A stretch of DNA of 64,000 nt from Lama glama (taxonomy: Eukaryota): positions 66,962,001 through 67,026,000 of the forward strand of contig CM052816.1 in NCBI GenBank assembly GCA_028534125.1. The letters run 5' to 3'. The translations under genes were made by a program, and so were the position numbers. The notes below the pieces were generated by a model, which worked only from the letters and a program-made list of their open reading frames with translations, made no database searches and was not told the DNA's origin. Position 1 is the stretch's first letter. Each line of letters begins with the position of its first letter. This document shows, in pieces, positions 1-13,904 of the stretch.

Positions 1-2609
1 AGACCTGGACGGCTGGGCCCATAAGAGGGAGCCGAAACACGGGCCTTCCAAAGCAGTCCCACAGCAACCGCCAGAGAATCACAGGATGTTGAACTAACTC
101 TTTCTGTTGCCCTGGAATTTTGGCAGAGATTCAAAGGCCAAGAACAAAATAGCAGATACCACATATCTGCAGAGTCTCAAGTAGGGTACTAAACTATATC
201 AAAAAGATTAGGAGAGAACTGGGCCCAAGCCAGTGCTTCCAGAAATAGGTAATTACCCCTCCAACTATATAAAGGTTGAGGTTGAAAAAAATCAAAAGAA
301 AAAGTTGCTGAGTATTTTACTTCTCCCCGGATGAAGGCAGGAAAGAGTTGCGGCCTTGCTTCAAACCTGGTGCAACAGGTTGAAAAGGGACTAACAGGAG
401 AGCCTGACACACTTCTCCAGGATTCTGGAGGACACAGGGACTGGTGTTTGGAAAACATCTGAAGGTGAAAGACTGGACAGTGAAAAGGTGAAAGAAAGAC
501 TTTGTTCTTTTGTAACAAAGAACAGGAGAGCTGGGTGGGATGTGAGGTATTTTCTTCACCCGTGCCTTGCCAAAGGGGTTGATTTCTCTATTTCTAGATG
601 TGAATCCTCAAGAAAAAAACCCACTTTGACTCAATCCAAAAGAGATCCTCCTCAAGGGACTTCAAGTCTCCTGCAGTGAAGTGGTCCTGGAGAAGCCCAA
701 GGGATGAGGTGGACAGTTGTAAAGTGATCAGCAGATGAGAACTATTACTCATAAAATTTACTGCAGCCTTAGATCTTGAGCAAAGGATCTCATAAATGTA
801 TCCCCCAAAAGAAAGAGACACCAGTCACAAGTCCCTTATCCAGAGGGTAGAAACACAGGTGACAGGTAGACTAGCCTGACTAGCCTTGCTCACTTTCTCC
901 CTACTTGCTAATTGCCCTTTCTGATGCCTACATGGACAAGACCTTTTAAACTGGATCGAATACTTCGATTCTTGAAAATTAATTGTAGTCTTTTTTATTA
1001 TGTAAGAGTGACTGGAAAAGATAGTTCATTCAGGTACCAGAACAATGCTTTATGTAGCCTACATTTGAGAGCGAGTTAGAAAGTATAAAGTTGCTTTTGG
1101 TCTTGTATTCTACTGAGACCAGCTAATAGAATAAAACATCGGTGAGAACCATGCAAACTCTTTACCTACCACATATTTTCCTCATCTTTTTGCCAAGTCT
1201 CTTCATCAATCCATGTAGGCTTTGGGTTTGATTTTTGTCCTTAGTCACTTTTCTTGTTAAGTTCTACAACCTGGTGTGTCACATAGATTCCTCTCTTTTA
1301 TCACCTCTCAAACTGGCTTAGTTTTGCCACATCCATACTAAACATTGTCTGAATGACATAAAGGAGAAAATGGTTTTTGGTGAGGGGGTAATCTGTGATG
1401 ATATCTGAATGCTAGGTTGGGTCCTTATTTTGAAGGGATATGAATGCCATGGTAAAAAATTATTTTTTCCCTTCGCAGATCTAAAGAGATTCTGGAGGAT
1501 TTTAACCTGAGCAGTGACATATAATTATATTTAGGGATTTCCAGCTTTGATCATTTTTGGCAGGAAGTGTGAGGAATATACTGAATAAGGAAGAAACTAG
1601 AAATAGGAACATCAAGTAAGAGGTAACCCTGAGATAAACAGCCTATAAAATTAATAGAAGAAAAATTAAAATTCTCCAATGACCTATCTAAAGGCAGGTA
1701 ATGAAGTGCAGTAAGCATATTAATAATGAAGGAACAGACTAATAAATTGAGCTGGATCATCATCTGAAAATAAAGATTTTGATGTGAGCTGCAGAATATG
1801 TATTGACTGATAAATTGGTATTCTGGTGCTTGAAACCATCACAAATTTTATTTTCATGCATTATTTTGGAATCCTGGATTATAAATTTCAGTGCAATTTT
1901 CTGTCTCATGGACTTAATTCAGAGGGCATGGATCTTCTTACAAGGTTAGGAAAATTAAAAATGGCTTCATGTCTCCTAACCATCTGCTGTCCTTTGGCCA
2001 AAAAGAAACTACCTCCCCCTCTCCCTCCCAAGGACTTTTACAACCAAATGGCAAATACATTTTTAATGAATCAGTATTTCTTTTTTTATTAAGCAGAAAG
2101 CTATTTGTATTTCACTCCCAGCTCCATCTGGAATGGTTCTTTATTTTACATTAGCTTTAACTTTAGTCTCATTATTTTTCACAAACATTTTCAAAACTTC
2201 TTTGAAAATAACGTTAAATGCTTGAGGGCATTAGCCAAGTGCAATTCCCTGAGAAACATCAAAGGAAAAGCTGGACTTACTGAGAACAAGTTTCCATTGT
2301 AATACCCCAAAGTAACAATGACATTTTTGTTACAGAAAGAGCATGAAAATATTCTGTGCCAATTAATATACCCTACCTTCTCCTGTAATTAAGGTGCCAT
2401 CCGTTCCAGCCTCAGTCCCTGAGAGCCATCTGGTCACACACTCAACACCTTTTCACTTTGCTTCTCCAGTCACAAACGCCAGAAGGTACATCCTAGCACC
2501 TATTTTATCTTGGACACACTCTGTCTTTTTAAGTCCTCATATTTATCATCAGCCTTTGTTAGGATCATTTCCTTGTAAATCCCAGGAGTAATTCAAATAT
2601 TAGTCTTAA

Positions 2610-2860
2610 TATTACTATTAATACCATTTATTGAATGCCTAACATATGCCAGGTAACATGTTCAGGATTTTCCTACACTATTTCCATTTAACTGCACAAC
2701 AAACCCAGGATATAGAAATCCTATTTCCAGTTTACAAATGATAAAACAAGCTTAAAGAGATTTAATGATCTGCCCAAGTTCCTATAGCTAGTGAGAAACC
2801 TAGCTGGGATTAAATCCAAATTAGGGCTCTAAAGTACTGAGCTGTTCTGCCTCCAATGCC
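2610..2860 (-). mobile_element. MIR SINE relic
   Basis: Reverse-orientation MIR core: 'catttattgaatgcct...tttacaaatgataaaacaagcttaaagagatttaatgatctgcccaag...ctgggattaaatcca'. Confidence 0.8.
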
Positions 2861-3659
2861 TAGGGAAACCACAAGGACTTCCTGTATTTTTGACACAGTT
2901 CTGACCATGAGGATAAATTTCTGTGTCTGGGCTGAAATTTTTCACTCCTAGTAAGGATTTTATTAAATGATTCCGTAGATTGAAGAAGAAAAGTTCTGGA
3001 AACTTATTCATGAGAAAAAAAAAATGTTGCTACACTTTGAAGGAAAAGTTATTTGAGTTAGAATCTTCAAAGTACCCCAAAGTAATCTAGACAGACAGCT
3101 CTTAGGTGAAACTGACCCACCTCAACTGAGAAACAGAGTGCGAATTAGTTAAGGTTGTAAATTGCACTCTACCCCAACTCTCTGAGTCAGTTCCAAGGAT
3201 TTAGGTTATTAATATCAGGTAAATTTCTAATTCTTCTTACTATTCAAGGCAAATTAAATCAACAGTATAGAGTACTCTTTCTCTAGCGATAAAATACTAT
3301 TCCGTGTACTGAACCTTTCTGCTACAGCATTGCATGGGGCACAGCAGGATGTGAAAATCTACAGGTAATTCAACACCATTCAGGTTAGTACTAACTTTCA
3401 GCATTTGTTTCCACTAGGTATTTCTGCTCAGTTAGATGTATTACAACATTAACTGATTTGCACTTCCTAGCCTATGCCAAGCTCTACTCATCCACTGATG
3501 GATGAGTTTGAGAAGCCAGAAAAGCTAAGAAGAAAAGTTAAGAACAGAAATCAGTGGGAGAAAGAGGACACCAGAAAATCTAAGCACTGAAATGCCACTC
3601 TTGAGTACTGGGAGTCAGTGATACCCTCCATTTTCAAAATTAGAGTGCTCAAGATGCAA

Positions 3660-3835
3660 AGCTTTTGACTGGGCCTTGGAAACACTAAATCCTCTTCCTG
3701 ACACTGACTTATTTTGTGCCCTGTGCTTGTCACATAACCTTGCTGAACTTCAGTTTATTCATTTGCAAAATGGAAATAATAATATGTATAGTACAGAGGT
3801 GTTGTGGAGTTTAATTAGCATTTCTGAAATACTTT
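3660..3835 (+). mobile_element. MIR SINE relic
   Basis: MIR core 'cttcagtttattcatttgcaaaatggaaataataat...agaggtgttgtggag'. Confidence 0.7.
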
Positions 3836-4239
3836 GAGATCATCAGATGAAAGGTGTACTTGAAATTTACAACAATAATTATTATTTTTTATTGTACATA
3901 ACCATTTCAAAATATAAGAAGCTATTGGATGTTGTTTTACCATCATTTAACACATATGATAGCAAAAGTCTGTTTCTGAAAACCATGCTCTTATGGTTGA
4001 TAAGAGTTGCTCATTTGTAGATTATTCTCAAAGAAATCAAACTGGGAACAACATGTGAAATAGGATAACTAACAGGAATAGAGAAAGGCATAACAGGTAA
4101 GTATTGGTTTGACCAGTTAGAGTAGACACACCTAACAGCTGAAGTAAACACAACAGCAGAAGGGATAATTGAAGGAAACAAAGATACAGCTTGATTGCAA
4201 AACAATATAATGGTGCTTCTATTTGAAATATGCTTTTCT

Positions 4240-4480
4240 TCTTAGGACCTCAAAGCAATTCACCAACATTATCTCCTTAATCTGCAGAAGGAAGAGAGCA
4301 AAGAGGAGTCCAATTTAAAGATAGATGGATGGAGACTTGGTGACTAAGTGGCTTGCCCAAGGTCACTGAGTCCATTGCTAGCTGGAGGATCTAGGCTGTC
4401 CTTTTTCTGAATCAGGTCAAAGAGGTTGACAGAGGTGGGGCTGAGACTGGAACTCAGGCGCTTTGTATCTAATAACTGTG
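4240..4480 (-). mobile_element. MIR SINE relic(s)
   Basis: 'taagtggcttgcccaaggtcac' and 'gctgagactggaactcagg' match the reverse MIR core. Confidence 0.6.
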
Positions 4481-6324
4481 TGATGCTACCTCTCCTCAAA
4501 TAAATGGGTAGAGTCTGAGGATAAAGGCATCTTACAAAATAATCCTCTAAAAAATCTAAATAAAAGCTCCATTTATGCTTAAGAGATTCTGTAAGGCTAA
4601 GAAGGTCTCTCCTAGATTAACAGAACCTGGGAAAGCATGCTTCTTATTCCACTGTTTAATTGCTGCAAGTTCTATTTCTATCAGTGATGGGACAGATTTC
4701 AAGGAGTTTTATACTTTAAGGTCCATTTCAGGTTACTGGGGAAAAAAATAGTCTCCTGCAGAAGGTGACTGGAACTTGAGAATATGTTTAGTAAATTATT
4801 TATTTCATACCAGGAAATTTTCAAAGTGTCTGATTCCAGTCCAAGTATCAGAAAGCATCAGCACGTATTCACCTCAGATAAATCAGACCTTAAAACTCCC
4901 TTTCCACGTATGTCTACTTTTTGGCCTCATAAACATCCTAAACACAATTTTCACCCAAACATACAAGACACAGAATGTGGGAGAAATCCCATTAATATTA
5001 GACTTGGGTATCTTACAGTATCTGAGACCACTTGACTGTCAAAAATCACCAAAAATGGCATTATCAGCTTTTATTTTATATTAACTTGACCAGGGTTGTT
5101 AGTAGAAGTATTTTAGGTAATTAGGATCCACCATGAGATAATGTCTTGATGATATTTCTGCATATTGGGAATTGTGCATATTGTGCTATTTTCAAGTTTA
5201 AGGCATTCTTTCTCTCTCTCTCTAATAAAGGCATACTATAAATTGTTTCCTGTAGAGACTCAGAAAATATATAAAATACAAAGACAATGGATAAAAAAGG
5301 AGGGGAGGTATAAAGGGCCAACTTACTGGAAACCCACCAGAAAAGCAATATATGAAACACTTCTCTAAGAAGATCCAACACACTTCTTTGAGAAAAAAAA
5401 AAATGAATTGATGAGGGATTTGATAAGGTCTAAGAAACACATCAAGGGTTTGTTTACACACTTGCAAGTTGATACAAATATTAACTCTTATAATTCCTTC
5501 TGTTTAATTCATTATGATTTAATTGGTATTTATTACTGAATAAATCTGAATAAAATTGTTTTTAGGGGTAATGTCTTTAATTGGGAATCAGTTCCAAACT
5601 TTCAAATCATCTTTTCTTTTTTTCTTTCTTTTCCTTTCTTTGTTAAGCAAAGACCAAAATCATGATTGTCTTTCATCTAGAACAGACTTACAGTCCTATT
5701 TTACCTGGTTGGCTGCCTGTGACTGACTCCACTCAGGTTCACAGGATTCTGGTTAATTAGTGGGGCAAGTTTCCACTCTGCATTATCTCTCACAATCTCC
5801 AGCTTCAAGACTTGTATCAACTCTCTGGGCCAAACAATACAACAAACAGAAACTTGTAAAGAGTTCTTTTTCAAATAAACTCAGCTTCAAAATAACCAAC
5901 ACCCACACTAGTCTGCAACAGTTAGCCCTCTGATGCCCAGACACATCGTTAAACAGTACACTTATGACATAATCCAGAGTTAATAATCTGACAGCTCGAT
6001 TTCCTTGGAGATAAGTAATAAGTATCTTTGTGTGACTTGGATTTTCCCAGTGATATGCAAGAATCTAGAAAAGGTATTGCACAGTAGGTTAAAAAAAAAA
6101 TGTCTCTTTGGGTACATTTTCTCGGCCAAAAGGATAAGTTGTGTTAATTGCCAAACATTCAGAATCTTCCCTCCCTCTGCCAACTGGCATTGCTTTGGAT
6201 TTTTCTATAACAATGCTCATGCCAGCTACATTTCCTCCCCATTCATAATTCAATCCTGGGCTGGGGAAGGTAGAATGGCAATGTTCCTGTATCCAGAGGA
6301 AGAAATTATATCTGTGGAGAGATA

Positions 6325-7570
6325 CAATTTAAAAACATAACTTATAAGAGAAAACCTAGATGACCTTGCGTACGGTGGTGACTTCCTAGTTATAACATTA
6401 GAGTCACGATCCATGAAAGAAATAATTTATAAGCATGACTTCATTAAAACCTTCTACTCTGCAAAAACAGTGAGAAAATAAGCCACACACAGGGAGAAAA
6501 TATTCACAATAGACACATCTGAGGCCTGTTACCCAAAATATGCAAAGAAATCTTAAAACTCAACAATAAGAAAACAAAAAATCCAATTGAAAGATGAGCC
6601 AAAGACCTCAACAGACATCTCACCAAAGAAAAAATACAGATGACAAATAAGCATATGTGCTCCACATCATATGTCATCAGGGAAATGCTAATTAAAGCAA
6701 CAATGAGATGCCCGTAATGCTTACTAGAATAGCCAAAATCCACAAGATGGGCAATACCAAGAAATAGTGAAGATGTGGAGCAACAGAAACGCTCATTCAT
6801 TGCTCATGGAAATAAAAAATAGTATAGGCACCTTCAAATACAGTTTTGCAGATTCTTGTAAAACTAAATATATCTTACCACACAAGGCAGCAATTATGGC
6901 TCCTTGGTGTTTACCTAAAGGATTTGAAAACGTATGTCCACACAAAATCCTGCACACAGATGTCAACAGCAGTTTTATTCATCAAAACTTGAAAGTAATT
7001 AAGGTGTCTTTCAATAGGTGAATGGATAAATTAACTGTGGTACATTTCATTCCAGACAAAGGAATATTATTCAGTACAAAAAAAGAAATAAGGTATAAAG
7101 CCACGAAAAGAGGAAACTGAAATGCATATGACTGAATGAAAGAAGCCAATTGTAAAGGGCTACATACTGTATGATTCCAACCAAATGACATTCTGGAAAA
7201 GGCAAATGATGGAGACAGCAAAAAGATCAGTGGTTTCCACGGCTTGGGGGTGAAGAGAGGGATGACTAGGTAGAACACAGAGGATTTTCAGGGCAGTGAA
7301 AATATTCTCTATGCTACTATAATGATGAACGCATGTCAATACACATTTCTCTAAATTTATAAAATGTACACCACCAATATTGAACCCTAAGGTAAACTAG
7401 AGACTTTAGGTGATCATGGTGTGTCAGTGTAGGATCATCACTTGTGACAAATGCACCAGTCTGGTGAGGGATATTGATAATATGGGAGGGTATACACACA
7501 TAGGGACAGGGGGTATATGGAAAATCTACACATCTTCCTCTGAGAACCTAACTGCTCTGAAAAAAATAAG
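6325..7570 (+). mobile_element. Old LINE-1 3' fragment (L1MC/L1MD class): end of ORF2 plus 3'UTR
   Basis: 'aaagacctcaacagacatctcaccaaagaa', 'gaagatgtggagcaacagaaacgctcattcattgct' and 3'UTR 'tgaaccctaaggtaaactagagactttagg...tgtgtcagtgtaggatcatc', ending in an A-rich tail. Confidence 0.9.
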
Positions 7571-10500
7571 GTCTTTACATACATACACACATGTACATAT
7601 GTACATTCACATACACACTTCTCCAGTTTAAAGTTAGAGAATTAGTGGCTGAGAGCAGCATATAAAGGCCAGAACTCAGTTTACATTTATGATGATAAGA
7701 AACCCAAAAGGGTCATGCTAGATAAAGTCAGCACGCGCATGCCACTATGTTGATAAAATCCCATCTAAAACACAACATTCAGTTTTATTTACCCGCCTTA
7801 AAAAGTTACTTACGTTTAGTTTGCAAATAATATACAGGTACTCCAATATAATTCTGAGGGCCCTCATGTAAAATCTTAAAATGATCTGATCTGCCTGCAA
7901 AATGTTGCATGCACTTGCTCCTGGGAGCTACAGCTAAAATATTTGAAAGTTCTAAGTCAAGATATCTTTCCTTGGAGGTCTTGAAACCTCCCATATCATA
8001 GTGTGAGGAGCCAGGGCACAGGTGGGATGTGTTTCCATTAAGAACAAGGGCTGACTACCTGCTGACTGGACTGCAGCATGCCCCAGGGAGGGGTCATCCT
8101 TGGCTCCAGTCCTTGGAGATCCAATATGGCCTCCCCAGGTATCTTGGATAAAGTCACCTAAACTTCATTATCAGTGTTTCTCTCCTTTCTTTGGTTTTAA
8201 AATGTGAATAGGGCCAGAGCCAGACCATAACTGCTCTTTAGTTATCAATTTCCATCTCCTGGTTGAGGAGACTGCTTATTGGGGCAGGCGGGGGATCACA
8301 CCCGGGTCTACACGAACTCAGGAACTCAAATGTCAAGCAAAAGGAATCAAGGGCCAATCTCTCCTCACTTCCTGCAAATCTGCTTTGGCTCAGCTAGGCG
8401 TCCGATGGACTGAGTAACGTAATTGCCCCATGGGAAACAGAAGATGGAAATGCATTTAAATGCCATGGACTGATCCCATAAGCTCCAGTATTTATTTTAA
8501 TAAAACATGGTTGTGCTTGTTTAGTGTTTGTGTTTGTTTCAATAGTAATCAAAATTATATGGACTCTCAGTTTCAATGAATGCAACTTAATCATACAGAA
8601 ACGTATAATTAATTGGTTCAGTCGAGGAAGGCTTCAGTTCTCATACACCCTCTGGCCCCCTTGCCTCCCTCGTTTCCTCCCACTCTGCTGTTTTAGGCCA
8701 TGAAGGCATTTAGATTGTTTTAGACTTTTTTTTTCTTTTGGCAGATATCAACTGGGACTTTTATGGTCCTCCAAAATTGACCATTCTGTCATTTGTACTC
8801 AAGTAAATATCCTAATATGAAGGTTTCTTGAGAATGTCCATTCAGGTTTATCAAATATAAAATTACATTGGGTAGAGCTCACTCCATCCAGAGCACTGCA
8901 AAGGCCTATTCTAAGGCCTGTTGCTGCCTGTATTCATGATTTAGTGTTATGTGGGTAGGAGCTTTCATTCTCTGAGGAATTCTTGGCTTAGATATTAAAT
9001 TATGATCAGCCACACACTCTGAGTGACACTTTTCTCATCTTCTTAAATCCCACATAAAACTCCCACTGAAATGATGAAGAAGACACATGTGCAGGGAGAG
9101 GAGGGAAGGCTGACTTGGTATCCGTAGTGGTTCTTAACTAGCCAAAAGGAGATGCATTTTGTTTGCTCACAATGCATCCATGCATGCAATCATCTCCCCT
9201 CCTGGAATCGACAACCCAATTTCAGTTCAGAAACTGGAATGGTTAAGCATCACACAGGCTCCAGAACACAGGCAGACAACCTCTATGAAAAGCATTCAGT
9301 TTTTCTAGAATTTAACGTTTCAACTCTATGAATGTGCACCAAGCTCAATATGGCAAAATCCTACGCAGCCTGAAAACTCAGCAGTAGGCATTCAAGTCAG
9401 CCTGCCCAGTTGACAAGTGACTCAATACTGAAGCTTAATTGTCTCTGCTGTTTGCCAGTAACTGTAAGCAGGTACTTATCTTGGCCTCACCCCGCTGGTT
9501 CCCCAGCATTTTTCAGTTGGGAAAGTAACTACATGAACTACAGTGGCTGTGCAAGATGAAAATAGGTGTATTATCATTGGCATTTTGGACAAGCCTTTGG
9601 CATTTTACTGCTCTGGCAAGGCACACCAGAGCATTACGCTGTGTGTGAAGAGATTGGCCAAGATGATGAAATGTTGGCCTTTCTCCAAAATTTCAAGTGG
9701 TTTACACCCAGTATCGGCTAGGAAGGCATTTGTTCACACATGGGTTGACATTCTCAGCTTAAAAAAGCCTGGGAACTTACCTTCTTTCACTCACTCACAC
9801 TCTTATCCACATTTACAAATACAAACCTTGATGTTTCTAGCAGGAGGATAAATCATGAGGTAAACTCACAGGCTACTGATTAGTGATTTATGTGATTGAA
9901 TAAGATTCAACATTTGAATTTTGAGTCATGAAACACTGGAGGTTTTGCAATGTAAGAAAACCAATGTCTTTTTTTAGATAAGTTCTCCATTTTTCTGTTA
10001 TGTCTTTAATATTTTAGAACAAATAAAATCCACAGGTAACCACCAAAAATTATTTTAATATTTCCATCAACCCTCTCTCCCCACAAAGATCCTACCAAAT
10101 CACTAACAGGTAAAGGAATGACTATGTGTTTCACCCTGCCCCTCCCTTTACTTCACTCTCCTCCCAAGAACTGACTATGGGAAATAAACCAGCAGTAATG
10201 CGGGAGCCATAAGATAACTGATCACCTGAATAATCAAGAGCAAACTAGCTCTCAGAAGGAAAGAGCTCCTTCGTGTTGGGTGAGGGGCTGCTATGTTCTA
10301 CACAATGCTTCTTGATTAGAAGGAACTCTGTTCTATGAAACAATAAGCCTGACAACTGTTGTGTCACAGAATTGGGGACCATGTCAGGCCATCAGTGACC
10401 TTGACCTTTTGGGGGTTCAGTTTCTTCACCAGTAAAGGAGTCAGTTTAAATTTTTTAAGTACCCTAATAACTCTGAATTCCTCCTCACAATCTTTGGACT

Positions 10501-10744
10501 GCCATTTGTTACAATGAATTTGCTACTCTACTTTACTGAAAGACCTGGGGAATTAAATTCTCTCCTATTTTCCTCTTTGATTATCTACCTTTGGGAAAAT
10601 GTCTTATTTGCTAATACAGTGGTGGAGCAAAGATGGTGCATATGCCTCCTAAGCCCTTTTCAGAAAGACAAATGCATTTTCATTCCAGTCTTTCCATGCT
10701 AATGAGTCCTTTATGGCTTTTAGAATCAGCACAGCATATCTCTG

Positions 10745-11262
10745 ATCATATAGTAAGTCTATTTATAGTCTTTCGAGGAATCTCCATACTGTTTTACATA
10801 ATGGCTGCACCAAACTACATTCCCACCAACAGTGTAGGAGGGTTCCCTTTTTTCCATACCCTCTCCAGCATTTATCGTTTGTGGACTTTGAATGATGGCC
10901 GTTCTGACAGGTGTGAGGTGATACCTCATTATAGTTTTGATTTGTATTTCTCTGATAATTAGCGATATTGAGCATTTTTTCATGTGACTATTGACCATCT
11001 GTATGTCTTCATTGGAGCATTGCTTGTTTAGGTCTTCTGCCCATTTTTGGATTGGATTGTTTGCTTTTTTCTTATTAAGTTGTATGAGCTGTTTATATAT
11101 TCTGGAAATTAAGCCCTTGTCATTCTCATCTTTTGCAAAAATTTTCTCCCATTCCATAGATTGTCTTTTTGTTTTGCTTATGATTTCTTTTGCTGTGCAA
11201 AAGTTTCTAAGTTTAATTAGGTCCCATTTGTTTGTTTTTACTTTCTTTCTATTGGCTGGGTA
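10745..11262 (-). mobile_element. Young L1 ORF2 C-terminal segment (inverted part of a twin-primed insertion)
   Basis: Minus ORF 10759-11337 reads [15 protein letters not shown]...WEKIFA...[13 protein letters not shown]...MRYHLTPVR (L1 ORF2p C-terminus); closely similar to the L1 at 59.4-60.9 kb. Confidence 0.95.
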
Positions 11263-11354
11263 TAGCCAAGACATGGAAACAATCTTAATGTCCATTGGCA
11301 GATGACTGGATAAAAAAGCTGTGCTATAGTTATACAATGGAATACTACTCAGCC
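11262..11354 (+). mobile_element. Young L1 fragment, sense part adjoining the inverted segment
   Basis: 'atagccaagacatggaaac...gatgactggataaaaaagctgtg...acaatggaatactactcagcc' matches the L1 at about 60280-60372. Confidence 0.9.
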
Positions 11355-11919
11355 TTGACCCTCACACCTACACTGGTCTTGCATTCTCCTGACTCAAGGA
11401 CCCTGGATTTATTTTGGAATTTTGGCCCCATACACTTGTCTTTTGGAACACTCCTTGATGCTAACAACCCTCATCTCTAGGTACAACTGGACACTCAAAC
11501 TCAAGTTTTATTCTACCTCAGATCACAGAAGTGCCTCTCCTGTTCTAATTCCAGCCCCAGAGCCTATGCCAATCACAGGTCCTTTGTTTTGTGCTCTGAC
11601 AATATCTGACTGGAACTATTGCAGGAGGGTTGGCCCCCATTCAACAGTGAACAGGCTATGAGACCAGTCAGCCCACAAAGGCTATGGCTGGGCGTTGGGC
11701 TAAATTTATGGAATCAGTACAACATGGCAGAAGAAAGAATGCAGTCTGGCTGGGGATTAATAAACCAGTTCTGCCAATTCACCTAAGATGCATTTCGTAT
11801 ATAGATGGAAAGGGAGGGGAAGAGAAGGGAAGGGAAGGTGGAAAAGAAAAAGCTATCCCAAAGATAAACAGATTCATATCTTCTCCTTTACTACTTACCC
11901 ATCCCAAAATCATCCCATA

Positions 11920-12230
11920 TTAGTGGTTCTCAACTTTTGTTATACATTGGAATCATCTGAAAAGCTTTCAAAATACTGATGCCTGATCCCCTTCTGCAGA
12001 TTCTTATTTAATTGGTTTAGGGAGCAGCCCAGATACAGGAATATTTAAATACTCAACTCTAGAATTTAGTGCTTCTCAAAATTTAGTATACATAAGAATC
12101 ATCTGGTTATTTTGTTAAAATGCAGATTCTGATACAGCAGCTCTCTGGTGGAGCCTGAGAGTCTGCATTTCTAACAAGCTCCCAGGTGCTGCTGATGCTG
12201 TTGGTTCACAAACAGCACTCTGAGCAGAAA
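11920..12230. mobile_element. Two adjacent MER5-type (hAT-Charlie) DNA transposon relics
   Basis: Two starts 'tagtggttctcaac' (~11921) and 'tagtgcttctcaaa' (~12067); 'gaatcatctg', 'aaatgcagattc', 'ctgcatttctaacaagctcccaggtg' are MER5 hallmarks. Confidence 0.85.
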
Positions 12231-13109
12231 GACAGAACCTAATCCCTAACACCTGAGAAGCAACTCACCATATTTGCTAAGAAGATTTTTCTACCTACAA
12301 TTTGTTGGTGCACAACAACAAAAGCCAGTGGAAACCCACTTCTCCATTCCCCACTGCAGTTTTACAAGCTAATTTCTAAGGACGTGTAAGGTGCAATGTT
12401 AGGACTCAATCTATCCATAATTCCTTTTACCTCCCTTCTTCCTGAGAGCCATCGTAACTGCTCTCCACATCATTAGGCTGAGAGTATCCATGGCAACAAA
12501 CCCTCTCACAGCTTCTCTACAGAAAGTCTACCAAAACCAAATAGAAATAAACCACAAATATCTACTGTGCAAAGGACTATGGGAAAATGTAAAGACATAC
12601 AAGACATTGTCCCATACTTCCTTCTTGTCTGTTGACAAGGTCTGTATAGAAAAACAGGGCCTATCATTCAGAGCAGAAGTGCTCAGGGTCAGTGAGTGGT
12701 ACTGGAAGGGAGGGCTAGATGAGAAGAGAGCTGAAAAATGCCCCTGTAGGTTGGGCAATTAGGGATGGGGTTGGTGTGGTTAGGAGAGTCTCACACAGGA
12801 GAACTTAAGCCACTCAAGACATGTGGAGGGTGCAGGTAGGGAACCAGGGGGAACCCTGGTGAGAGTTAAATTGGTACCACCATAGGATGGAGGGAGCAGA
12901 ACCAAGGTGGGGGCCAAGGACAGTAAGAAAACCACTTCAACTGGGACAGAAAGAAAAGCCAGAAATTACTAAATTCTAATCTTTTGAGGCCCTTTGATTT
13001 CTTTAGGGCTAGTACTTTGAAACATGATGTCAAGTTGAAGGATAATGAGGTACCATGAATACTCATAGATTTTAAGTCTACACATCAGGGTTTCATATAA
13101 TAACAGCAA

Positions 13110-13440
13110 AACCTAATAGTCATAATGCACTTTATGTGTGCCAAGCATTGTTCTAAGTCCTTTACATATAAAGTTCTATTTGATTCTCACAACAAATCTA
13201 TAAAATAGGTACTATTACCATCATCACTGGAACATAACTGACATAAAAACAGGGGTTTTGTATATTTTGTTCATTCTTGCAATTCCCAGTGTCAAAACAG
13301 CAACTAAATCAACAAATTCTGATTCTGCAGATGAGAAATGGGAGCACAGAGAGATTAAATAATGTGTATAAAGTCATGGAGTCAATAAGCCGCAGATCAG
13401 GGACTTATACTCAGGTGCCTTAGCTTTGGTACCCATGGAT
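13110..13440 (-). mobile_element. MIR relic interrupted by a short L2-like fragment
   Basis: 'tatgtgtgccaagcattgttctaagtcctttacatat...ttctcacaacaaatctataaaataggtactatt' resumes at 'tctgcagatgagaaatgggagcacagagagattaaataa'. Confidence 0.7.
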
Positions 13441-13904
13441 CTAACATCATGCCACAGGCCTCCAGTTTAAGAGAGGATATTTTGGAATCCATTATCTTTA
13501 CTATGTTAAAGTCTAGTTAAGTCTTGTTGAGTCTAGTTTTTGCCTCCATTTGGTATGACTACAATTAATTCAACAACAACAACAAAAAAAATTCAATGAG
13601 AATTTGAGTGTTGAGACCTGGGTCTAGTATAGAAAAAGCAGTGTCCTTGTGCACACATAAGCTCTTTCATTCTTGCAATGACATGGAATGGTAAGTGTAA
13701 TCAATCGCCTGAAGCTCAGAAAGGTTCCTCATGGGTCCAAATCACACAGCTAGTACCTCACTTTGAGAACTTGAACTCAAGTCCTCAGATTCTACTTCTG
13801 GTAATTTTTTAACTCTAAACTTGTCCCTTTGAGATATAAAGCTTTCTCTCTTTAATTCCTGATGACTTGCTTATTTATTTAAAACTATTGCTAAGACACT
13901 ACAT

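Noticed and set aside
189..821. Overlapping short ORFs at the window start
   Set aside because: No recognisable protein or consistent splice structure; only slightly GC-richer than background.
4262..4310. Strong minus-strand acceptor with an 18-nt unit
   Set aside because: Lies within a MIR relic.
7814..7894. Minus-strand 81-nt exon-like unit with a GTAAGT donor
   Set aside because: Weak polypyrimidine tract and unrecognised peptide.
10759..11337. 192-aa ORF as a host gene
   Set aside because: Chimeric L1 ORF2 fragment created by the inversion junction.
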